Source: Candidatus Azotimanducaceae bacterium (GTDB lineage Bacteria; Pseudomonadota; Gammaproteobacteria; Pseudomonadales; Azotimanducaceae). Taken from it: DNA of 24,000 nucleotides. The notes beneath the pieces were generated by a model. That model searched no databases. It saw only the letters and a list, made by a program, of their open reading frames with translations, and was not told the DNA's origin. Location of the stretch: NCBI GenBank assembly GCA_965208605.1, contig OZ242345.1:1471380-1495379 (forward strand), read 5' to 3'. Below are positions 1-7,140 of the stretch, piece by piece. The number at the start of each line of letters is the position of its first letter. Position 1 is the stretch's first letter. A program made the translations under genes and the position numbers.

Positions 1-563
1 CCAACACCTGCACGGTTTGCAGCCGACTCAACATCGTCTGCGGTGAACATCTCACCAGTAAATCGCCATAGATCATCAATGGCTGTTTGCATACGAGTGT
101 GGCTTTCGTTGGTTCCGTCACCCAGGCGAAGTAACCACTGACGATTATGCTTGACTTGATAGCGCATTTCCTTGACGGCTTTTGCGGCAATCTCCTGAAT
201 GCGTGTATCTGATGATTCAATGAGATGCTCAAGAAGCAACATGTGGTAACAAGAAAACAGAAATTGACGAGCGATGGTTACCGCAAAATCGCCATTAGGT
301 CGTTCTACCAACAGAAGGTTTTGGAAATCCCTACTATCTCGTAAGAATGCTAATTCATCTTCGCCACGGCCCTTGCCTTCAATATCACCAGCTAGAGTCA
401 GCCAGAGCCTGGCTTGGCCGATAAGATCCAGTGCGAAATTGGCCGTTGCCATTTCTTCTTCAAGCTCGGGACTCGACCCAACGAGCTCACCGAGTTGCTG
501 GCCGAGTAGCAGTGTGTTATCGCCAAGTCGCAAGATGTAGTGAAATAGCTGTTCAGAATTCAC
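1..563 (-). CDS. paaC: Phenylacetyl-CoA 1,2-epoxidase subunit C (PaaC), 3' end cut by the window edge
   Basis: Not in the ORF track because no stop codon lies inside the window. My hand translation of the minus strand from GTG at 563 is open to position 1: VNSEQLFHYILRLGDNTLLLGQQLGELVGSSPELEEEMATANFALDLIGQARLWL...RQFLFSCYHMLLLEHL. This is typical of PaaC. AGGGA lies about 8 nt upstream of the GTG, and the gene directly follows paaA-paaB. Confidence 0.85.
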   Translation of the reverse strand, partial: MNSEQLFHYILRLGDNTLLLGQQLGELVGSSPELEEEMATANFALDLIGQARLWLTLAGDIEGKGRGEDELAFLRDSRDFQNLLLVERPNGDFAVTIARQFLFSCYHMLLLEHLIESSDTRIQEIAAKAVKEMRYQVKHNRQWLLRLGDGTNESHTRMQTAIDDLWRFTGEMFTADDVESAANRAGV

Positions 564-573
564 TGTAGCATCC

Positions 574-876
574 CTAAATGTTCTTTGCGCCTTCGGGCAT
601 TTCGTAAAACGTTGGATGGCGATAAATCTTGTCGTCGGCCGGATCAAACAACTCTGCTGCTTCCCTTGGGTCTGAGGCAGCAATGGTGCTGGATTCAACT
701 GCCCAGATGCTAACACCCTCGCCACGTCGCGTATAAAGATCACGGGCGTGGTCAATGGCCATTTGTTTGTCACTGGCGTGCAGGCTACCGACGTGGCGAT
801 GACTTAAACCAGATTTTGCACGAATGAATATCTCAAACAATGGCCAATGATCGTTTTGCATAGGTATTTTATCCAT
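574..876 (-). CDS. paaB: Phenylacetyl-CoA 1,2-epoxidase subunit B (PaaB)
   Basis: 100-aa ORF. HWPLFEIFIRAKSGLSHRHVGSLHA...YRHPTFY closely parallels E. coli PaaB (WPLYEVFVRGKQGLSHRHVGSLHAA...YRHPTFY). Its ATG lies 2 nt after the paaA stop. Confidence 0.95.
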   Translation of the reverse strand: MDKIPMQNDHWPLFEIFIRAKSGLSHRHVGSLHASDKQMAIDHARDLYTRRGEGVSIWAVESSTIAASDPREAAELFDPADDKIYRHPTFYEMPEGAKNI

Positions 877-878
877 GA

Positions 879-1859
879 CTAAGCGGCTACCTTGGTAGCA
901 TGCTTGTGTGCATAGGCCTTAGCTCCATCGCGAACCCATTGCCCGTTATTGTGAGCTGATTGCTGAGCAGCCAATCGCTCACGATTGCAGGGGCCGTTGC
1001 CAGCTAGCACTTCCATAAACTCAGTCCAATTAATTTCACCGAAATCGTAGTGACCGCTGGTTTCGTTGTACCTGAGATCTTTGTCTGGTGTTGTTAGTCC
1101 CAATATTTTGGTTTGTTCTACAGTAACGTCGACAAATTTCTGACGTAACTCGTCGTTACTAAATCGCTTAATCTTCCACGCCATGCTCTGGGTATTGTGT
1201 TTGGAGTTGGAATCGCTTGGTCCGAACATCATCAACGAAGGCCACCACCAGCGGTTCAGTGCGTCCTGTGCCATCTCTTTTTGTGCTGTGCTGCCATTAC
1301 TCAACGCCAACATAATCTCAAAACCTTGCCGCTGATGAAAACTCTCTTCTTTGCATATTCGCACCATTGCACGTGCGTAGGGCCCGTAGGAACATCGACA
1401 CAGCGGTATTTGATTCATAATTGCTGCACCGTCAACGAGCCAGCCGATAGCACCGATATCAGCCCATGTCAAGGTTGGATAATTAAAGATGCTCGAGTAC
1501 TTGGCAATGCCACTCAACAATTGATCCACCAGCATGTCCCGTGATACACCCAGTGTCTCGGCCGCACTGTAGAGATATAGACCGTGTCCGGCCTCATCTT
1601 GTACTTTTGCAATCAAGATTGCTTTACGGCGCAAACTCGGCGCACGAGTGATCCAGTTGCCCTCGGGAAGCATGCCAACAATCTCTGAATGTGCGTGTTG
1701 CGAAATTTGGCGAATCAGCAGCTTGCGATACTCAGTCGGCATCCAGTCTTTAGGTTCGATTTTTTCTTCCATATCAATACGGTGCTGGAATGCCACCCCA
1801 GTGCTCCCGGCAGTATCGCTACTATCTTTGATGTGTTGGTCTAAACCCTGTGTGTACAT
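879..1859 (-). CDS. paaA: Phenylacetyl-CoA 1,2-epoxidase catalytic subunit A (PaaA)
   Basis: Near-colinear with E. coli PaaA ([52 protein letters not shown]). The ORF-track start at 1883 is a TTG. The ATG at 1859 is preceded by GAGAGG 6 nt upstream, so I use 1859. Confidence 0.93.
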   Translation of the reverse strand: MYTQGLDQHIKDSSDTAGSTGVAFQHRIDMEEKIEPKDWMPTEYRKLLIRQISQHAHSEIVGMLPEGNWITRAPSLRRKAILIAKVQDEAGHGLYLYSAAETLGVSRDMLVDQLLSGIAKYSSIFNYPTLTWADIGAIGWLVDGAAIMNQIPLCRCSYGPYARAMVRICKEESFHQRQGFEIMLALSNGSTAQKEMAQDALNRWWWPSLMMFGPSDSNSKHNTQSMAWKIKRFSNDELRQKFVDVTVEQTKILGLTTPDKDLRYNETSGHYDFGEINWTEFMEVLAGNGPCNRERLAAQQSAHNNGQWVRDGAKAYAHKHATKVAA

Positions 1860-1887
1860 GCTTTGCCTCTCGTATCTTTCCAATATG

Positions 1888-1916
1888 ACACAGAATATAA
1901 TATATCACAATATAAT
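1888..1916 (-). promoter_or_regulatory. AT-rich repeat element in the 65-bp paaI-paaA gap (possible internal promoter or operator)
   Basis: The minus strand reads TATATT-GTGATATAT-TATATT-CTGTG, giving two -10-like hexamers with a 15-bp period. On the plus strand this is CACAGAATATAAT and CACAATATAAT. No convincing -35 element was found. Confidence 0.3.
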
Positions 1917-1924
1917 TGGTATCA

Positions 1925-2368
1925 TTACTGTCCATCGTCTGATATCAGTGGCTTGCCCAGTGCCGCCGAGCGCCCTAGAAACACGGCAATCAGCAGGTCT
2001 CTATTATGCACCAAGACATTGTATAGACCGGAGCGCTTGCCCTTGTATACCTGTCGCGCTGTAGCCGTCAATTGGTCGCCGAGTTTTGCTGGCTGAAGGA
2101 ACTCAATACTCGCCGAACCCGCGACGGTAATTTCATTGTAGGCATTGCAAGCGAATGCGAATGCGGAGTCGGCTAATGTAAAGATCATACCCCCGTGACA
2201 AATGTCATGGCCGTTGAGCATGTCTTTTCGGACCGTCATACGCGCTTCACACACTGCGAGTTCCGGGATGGAAATCTGTATTCCAAGTGCCTTAGTGGAA
2301 TGATCAGAAGAGAGCATCTGTGTAGCGCAGGCTCTTGCCAAAGCTAATCGATCAGTATTCTTGTTCAT
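1925..2368 (-). CDS. paaI: Hotdog-fold acyl-CoA thioesterase PaaI
   Basis: 147 aa. MLNGHDICHGGMIFTLADSAFAFACN and GDQLTATA align with E. coli PaaI (MLNGHQSCHGGQLFSLADTAFAYACN, GDTLTATA). Confidence 0.85.
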   Translation of the reverse strand: MNKNTDRLALARACATQMLSSDHSTKALGIQISIPELAVCEARMTVRKDMLNGHDICHGGMIFTLADSAFAFACNAYNEITVAGSASIEFLQPAKLGDQLTATARQVYKGKRSGLYNVLVHNRDLLIAVFLGRSAALGKPLISDDGQ

Positions 2369-2370
2369 TT

Positions 2371-3162
2371 TTATTTGCCACTGAACTGGGGTGCTCGCTT
2401 CTCTAGAAATGCACTCGCGCCCTCTTGGTAGTCATCGCTGTTGCCCAGTTGGTGTTGCAAATCGCGTTCTAGATCCAGTTGAGAATTGAGCTCGTTGGTG
2501 AAACTTTGCGCCAAGGCATTTTTGATTGCAGCCAGCGCAAGCGTTGGTTGTGTTGCGAGATGAGCACATAGTTGTTGTGCTTCGTGCAAGAGTTCGTCTG
2601 CGGGTACAACTTTATAGATGAGCCCCCAATCCACGGCATCTGCCGCCGATAATGGTGTGCCAAGCAGCATCAGTGCTTTTGCCCTGGCAATGCCCACCAA
2701 TCTCGGTAGTATCCATGTCCCACCAGAATCTGGCAGCAAGCCGATCTTGCAAAATGCTTGTATGAATTTTGCAGAATCGGCGGCGATTACAAGATCGCAT
2801 GCCAAAGCAATATTTGCTCCAGCACCGGCCGCAACACCATTTACAGCGCATAAGACCGGCATGGGTAAATCCCGGATGCGTCGGATTAAGGGGTTGTACC
2901 AAGTCTCAAGTATCTCGCCGATATCAACAGGAGCCTGACCCGAATCGACTGATATATCGGCTAGGTCTTGGCCGGCGCAGAAGGCACGGCCGGCACCGGT
3001 AATCAGCAATGCACGGATGTCCTTGTCCCTTGCTACCTGTGCTAGTGCGTCAGCAGTTTCTTGATGCATTCTGGTGTTAAAACTGTTGAGAGACTTAGGG
3101 CGATTGAATAACAAGCTTGCATACCCGTTCTCGACCTTGAACTTGATAGTTTCATAACTCAT
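2371..3162 (-). CDS. paaG: Crotonase-family 1,2-epoxyphenylacetyl-CoA isomerase (PaaG)
   Basis: 263 aa, alignable to E. coli PaaG along its whole length: LLITGAGRAFCAGQDL, WYNPLIRR, CAVNGVAAGAGANIALACD, DYQEGASAFLEKRAPQFSGK. Confidence 0.85.
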   Translation of the reverse strand: MSYETIKFKVENGYASLLFNRPKSLNSFNTRMHQETADALAQVARDKDIRALLITGAGRAFCAGQDLADISVDSGQAPVDIGEILETWYNPLIRRIRDLPMPVLCAVNGVAAGAGANIALACDLVIAADSAKFIQAFCKIGLLPDSGGTWILPRLVGIARAKALMLLGTPLSAADAVDWGLIYKVVPADELLHEAQQLCAHLATQPTLALAAIKNALAQSFTNELNSQLDLERDLQHQLGNSDDYQEGASAFLEKRAPQFSGK

Positions 3163-3188
3163 TGTGATGACCTTTTTTATTGTTTATT

Positions 3189-4145
3189 TTATTGTTTAAT
3201 GCCGTCAAAACGCTGGAAAAACCCGGGCTCTGCGGGAGGAAATGCCCCGTCAGCAGATTCCCAATTTTCTTGCAAAAAACGAGCAACTGGACCCGCCACC
3301 AAGATGTAGAGATTGCGACACAGCTGGTATGCCGCTACTCCATTCCAATTGCCAGGTAGCAAGGCATGGGGTAAGAAGGGGTCTCGTAATAGAATTTTTC
3401 GATATTCATGAATTAGTAATGTGCGCAGTTGGAATGCACGTTTTGAATCCAGGTTGCCAGCACCATGTGTAGCATGGTAGACCGGGCTGAACTTCTCAAG
3501 AAACTGCGCATATCGCTCATCAAGCTCATTCAAGACCCATGCCTTTTGTACAAGTTTTCGAAGATAGTCTTGACGAGTGTCATCAACCGAGGCCTGCATG
3601 AACAAGATTTGTTGGTAGCCAGATATTTTTTGAAGTTCATCCATGACCGCGCTTTTGTCAGGTGCTGGATGCGCCATCAAGTTATTGGAAAATGCAGCAA
3701 AGCCAAGCCATTGTAGGCGTTTTCTCGCCTTGTCACGTTCACTTGTTTCAATACCCGATAATTCAACTAGGCTCCAGTTGCCGTCCCAACTGCGACGCGG
3801 TTCCCTGTAGATTTGTCTACTGGCGGCATGGATTTGCTTTTGACCCTTCTCTGTCAAACTGTAGAAACTTCGCCGCCCGATTTGCTCTGAACGTAACCAA
3901 CCGTCTTTAGTTAGTCGAAATACCGAAGTACGGACCAAGCGATCGTTAACTCCAAAGGGTTCCAGTGCTTTGACCAGGCTACCAAGCCACACAGAACCAC
4001 CGTGCGGCGCAATTGCGTCACCAAAAACACTGATAAGCAATGAGCCCGTGCGTTTTGGTTGCTGATTGGAGAAGGACTCAACTAGCTCATCAACATAATC
4101 ATCAAAGTGCATCCATTTGACTGCCGTTGCTGTCGATTTCGACAT
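3189..4145 (-). CDS. paaX: PaaX-family phenylacetyl-CoA-responsive transcriptional repressor
   Basis: GSVWLGSLVKALEPFGVNDRLVRTSVFRLTKDGWL...GRRSFYSLTEKG and WDGNWSL match E. coli PaaX (GEIWLGSL..., GRRSFYSLSDKG, WDGKWLL). The ORF-track start at 4151 is a TTG, so I use the ATG at 4145. Confidence 0.85.
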   Translation of the reverse strand: MSKSTATAVKWMHFDDYVDELVESFSNQQPKRTGSLLISVFGDAIAPHGGSVWLGSLVKALEPFGVNDRLVRTSVFRLTKDGWLRSEQIGRRSFYSLTEKGQKQIHAASRQIYREPRRSWDGNWSLVELSGIETSERDKARKRLQWLGFAAFSNNLMAHPAPDKSAVMDELQKISGYQQILFMQASVDDTRQDYLRKLVQKAWVLNELDERYAQFLEKFSPVYHATHGAGNLDSKRAFQLRTLLIHEYRKILLRDPFLPHALLPGNWNGVAAYQLCRNLYILVAGPVARFLQENWESADGAFPPAEPGFFQRFDGIKQ

Positions 4146-4183
4146 CTTCAAGACTCACAGGCTTGCGGTAAGTATCTGTCTAA

Positions 4184-4212
4184 GTTATACCGAAATTATT
4201 GAAAATTGTCCA
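4184..4212 (-). promoter_or_regulatory. Candidate sigma70 promoter for paaX-paaG-paaI(-paaABC)
   Basis: The minus strand reads TGGACA-N17-TATAAC. The -35 is at 4207-4212 and the -10 at 4184-4189, about 40 nt upstream of the paaX start. Confidence 0.4.
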
Positions 4213-4387
4213 TTTGTGTTTCATTTTAACCAGGCTGCATCTATCTCTGATGAAAGAAGATGAGCACTGGTTTGGGTAACACAACGCGAAACTGATGTGT
4301 GCATTACACATTGAATGGGACATGGGACGGCTTTAGTGAGTCCGAAATGATTGGATTTAACGATTTTGTGCCAGCGTCCTTGCTAGG

Positions 4388-5743
4388 CTAGTCAATGTGC
4401 AATCTGTACGCTAGTAAAGCAGCGATTGCAACCGGGACCGCAAACACCAGGAAGTTTACCGACATCGTTGCACCCGCTGCAACGAGGTAACCCGCTATCG
4501 CTGGACCGGCAACAGCACCTAGACGACCAAGACCTATAGCCCAGCCGATCCCAGTGCTTCGTATTTCCGTTGGATAGGCATTGGCAGCAGCACTGTATAG
4601 TCCTGTGTATCCGCCCTGTTGCAGGACGCCGATGATAAAAATAATCACTAACAAGACGTTGAGCTCCGCTGATTGTAAGAATGCGAACGCCACCATAGCA
4701 ATTGAAGCAGCCAACAACATCACGAAGATAATGTTGGTGAGTCGAAATCGAGTCGACAAGAATCCCAATAGATAAATTCCCAAGACTCCACCTAGATTCA
4801 GAGCGAAGAATGCCTGTCGTCCAACGACGGCGGAATAGCCTGCATCTTCCATAAGTTTTGGAACCCAACTCAGTAAGAAGTACAGTGTTGCGATACTTAG
4901 GAAGAAAACTGACCACAAAATGATGGTGCGTGACCTATAAGGTTGGTCAACCAAGCGTAGCATGCTGGATATTACTCCGGGCGATTTCAACTGCTCAGAT
5001 GCATCAGTAGGAGGTAGATCGACAATTGTAGGTTCTTTCAATTTAACAAATATTTTGTTGACTTTTTCAAGCGCATTTTTCGGTCGACGGTGAAATAGGA
5101 ATGCTAGGGACTCGGGAATGAATAACCAGGCGATACCAACCATACCGAGTGTCACTGTTCCGCCTAACCAAAACATTCCACGCCACCCGTAATCTGGCAA
5201 AATGAAACCCGCGAAGACCGCTGTTAGCATGGCACCAGCTGGGTATCCAGAAGTTACGATGCATACTGCCAATGAACGATATTTAATAGGTGCATACTCT
5301 GCTGCCAAAGACGCTTGGCTTGCTAGTACGCCACCGGCTCCGATGCCAGAAAAAAATCGCAAAACGATGAACTCTGTCAAGGATGATGCCTGCGCGGTGA
5401 GCAATATCGACACCGCGACCAAGGATATGCTTATGATGATAAGTTTTCGCCGACCATATTTATCAGCCAGCGGCGCAAGTAGCATTGCTCCGCACATCAT
5501 GCCAGCAAGCGCGAAGCTGAAAATCCAACCTAGGTTATCCGGTGAAAGCGACAGCTCGGAAGACACATCACCAGCAACGACCGCCATGGCGGTAATATCA
5601 AAGCCATCCAAAGTGTTGAATAGAAAGCACAAGCTGACAATAAAAATTTGGAAAGGCGTTATGACGTTATCTTTGAACTTGTGCACGTCAGTTTCAGATG
5701 CTGATAGTTCCGAGATGTTCGTATTGTCTGAAGTCATTGGCAT
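4388..5743 (-). CDS. MFS transporter, aromatic acid:H+ symporter-like (candidate phenylacetate or aromatic acid importer)
   Basis: 451 aa with 12 predicted hydrophobic segments. It has the MFS loop motif LADKYGRRKLII and overall resembles PcaK/MhpT/BenK-type permeases. It starts 6 nt after the paaK stop. Confidence 0.85.
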   Translation of the reverse strand: MPMTSDNTNISELSASETDVHKFKDNVITPFQIFIVSLCFLFNTLDGFDITAMAVVAGDVSSELSLSPDNLGWIFSFALAGMMCGAMLLAPLADKYGRRKLIIISISLVAVSILLTAQASSLTEFIVLRFFSGIGAGGVLASQASLAAEYAPIKYRSLAVCIVTSGYPAGAMLTAVFAGFILPDYGWRGMFWLGGTVTLGMVGIAWLFIPESLAFLFHRRPKNALEKVNKIFVKLKEPTIVDLPPTDASEQLKSPGVISSMLRLVDQPYRSRTIILWSVFFLSIATLYFLLSWVPKLMEDAGYSAVVGRQAFFALNLGGVLGIYLLGFLSTRFRLTNIIFVMLLAASIAMVAFAFLQSAELNVLLVIIFIIGVLQQGGYTGLYSAAANAYPTEIRSTGIGWAIGLGRLGAVAGPAIAGYLVAAGATMSVNFLVFAVPVAIAALLAYRLHID

Positions 5744-5749
5744 ACCATG

Positions 5750-7054
5750 TTAGGAATTACGTTCATCAATGACCCGGACGGCCTTACCTTCAGAACGAGG
5801 TACGCCCCCCGGTTCACATATATCTACTTGGGTTGTTACACCCACGTAAGCTTTTATATCGCTTTGCAGTTTCTGCTTGATGTTATCGTTCTCTTTCACC
5901 GGAATTGAGGGCTGGCGTTCAACCATGACATTAAGCCTATCCAGATTACCTTCGCGAATCACGTGCAGTTGGTAGTGAGGCGATAGACCGTCTACCTTTA
6001 GAACACATTCCTCAATTTGTGAAGGGAAAACATTAACGCCGCGAATAATCAGCATATCATCACTGCGCCCGGTAATCTTTTCCATACGGCGCATCGTTCG
6101 AGCTGTACCAGGCAACAGTCTTGTTAGGTCACGAGTGCGATAACGAATTACAGGTAACGCTTCTTTGGTCAATGAAGTAAATACTAACTCCCCTAGTTCG
6201 CCGTCTGGTAAAGGCTCGCCATTTGTTGGATCAACAATCTCTGGGTAGAAATGATCTTCCCAAATCACTGGCCCGTCCTTTGTTTCAATACATTCGTTCG
6301 CTACTCCGGGGCCCATTACCTCTGACAAACCATAAATATCTACGGCATCCAAATTACAGCGTTGCTCTATCTTTTGGCGCATTGATTCGCCCCAAGGCTC
6401 AGCTCCAAAAATACCGACACTCAGCGATGACGATGCCGGGTTCAGTCCCTGACGTTCAAACTCATCGGCCAAATTGAGCATGTACGAAGGCGTACACATT
6501 ATGATATCTGGTCGAAAATCTTCTATGAGCTGAACTTGTTTTTGGGACTGGCCACCGGACATAGGGATAACCATGGCACCGAGCTTTTCAGCACCATAGT
6601 GTGCACCCAATCCGCCGGTAAACAGGCCGTAACCATAGGCCACGTGAATCTTGTCGCTTGACTGGCCTCCGCTTGCTCGGATGGAACGCGCACAAACCTT
6701 CGCCCAGGTTTCAATATCATTACGTGTATAAGCGACAACCGTCGGCTTGCCGGTTGTTCCACTTGAGGCATGAATCCTAACGACATCTGTCTCTGGTACT
6801 GCTAACAGACCAAAGGGGTAGTTTTGACGAAGATCATCTTTGAATGTAAAAGGGAAATGACGTAGATCATCAAGCGACTTTAGATCACCGGGGGCAATGC
6901 CTTTCTGCTCACATTTTTGTCGGTAAGGCGCAACATTGTCGTAGGTTGTGCCTATTGTTTGGCGGAGTCGTTCAAACTGAAGGGTTCGAATCTCATCAAT
7001 GCTGGCTATTTCAATTGGGTCTAGTGAGGATTTGTCTGGTATACGAGTTACCAT
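5750..7054 (-). CDS. paaK: Phenylacetate-CoA ligase
   Basis: 434 aa. It has the AMP-binding motif SSGTTGKPTVVAYT, YGLSE, and PaaK-type length and C-terminal domain (GRSDDMLIIRGVNVFP). Confidence 0.95.
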   Translation of the reverse strand: MVTRIPDKSSLDPIEIASIDEIRTLQFERLRQTIGTTYDNVAPYRQKCEQKGIAPGDLKSLDDLRHFPFTFKDDLRQNYPFGLLAVPETDVVRIHASSGTTGKPTVVAYTRNDIETWAKVCARSIRASGGQSSDKIHVAYGYGLFTGGLGAHYGAEKLGAMVIPMSGGQSQKQVQLIEDFRPDIIMCTPSYMLNLADEFERQGLNPASSSLSVGIFGAEPWGESMRQKIEQRCNLDAVDIYGLSEVMGPGVANECIETKDGPVIWEDHFYPEIVDPTNGEPLPDGELGELVFTSLTKEALPVIRYRTRDLTRLLPGTARTMRRMEKITGRSDDMLIIRGVNVFPSQIEECVLKVDGLSPHYQLHVIREGNLDRLNVMVERQPSIPVKENDNIKQKLQSDIKAYVGVTTQVDICEPGGVPRSEGKAVRVIDERNS

Positions 7055-7098
7055 TTTCTTATCCGTTCAATCTCTAAATTCATAAACAATCGGTAACT

Positions 7099-7113
7099 GA
7101 CGAGTATCATATT
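7099..7113 (-). promoter_or_regulatory. PaaX-operator-like box upstream of paaK
   Basis: The minus strand reads AATATGATACTCGTC, which matches 12 of 15 positions of the E. coli PaaX consensus as I remember it (WWTRTGATTCGYGWT). It lies 45-59 nt upstream of the paaK ATG. The match was counted by hand. Confidence 0.3.
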
Positions 7114-7140
7114 TTAGTCGTCCTGGCTGATAAGAGCATT

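Noticed and set aside
4290-4312. Inverted repeat ATGTGT-GCATT-ACACAT downstream of the MFS gene, as a terminator
   Set aside because: It has only a 6-bp AT-rich stem with no following U-tract on the minus strand. It may still be a protein-binding site, but the evidence is too weak to annotate.
5202-5753. 183-aa ORF antisense to the MFS transporter. Similar long shadow ORFs occur at 4392-4916, 14614-15138, 17518-17895, 18223-18642, 1197-1544, 1648-2064, 2612-2938 and 274-540.
   Set aside because: All are fully embedded in, or antisense to, genes with strong family-level similarity. Their translations are low-complexity (Ser/Arg/Pro/Cys-rich) with no recognisable motifs or RBS, which is typical of shadow ORFs.
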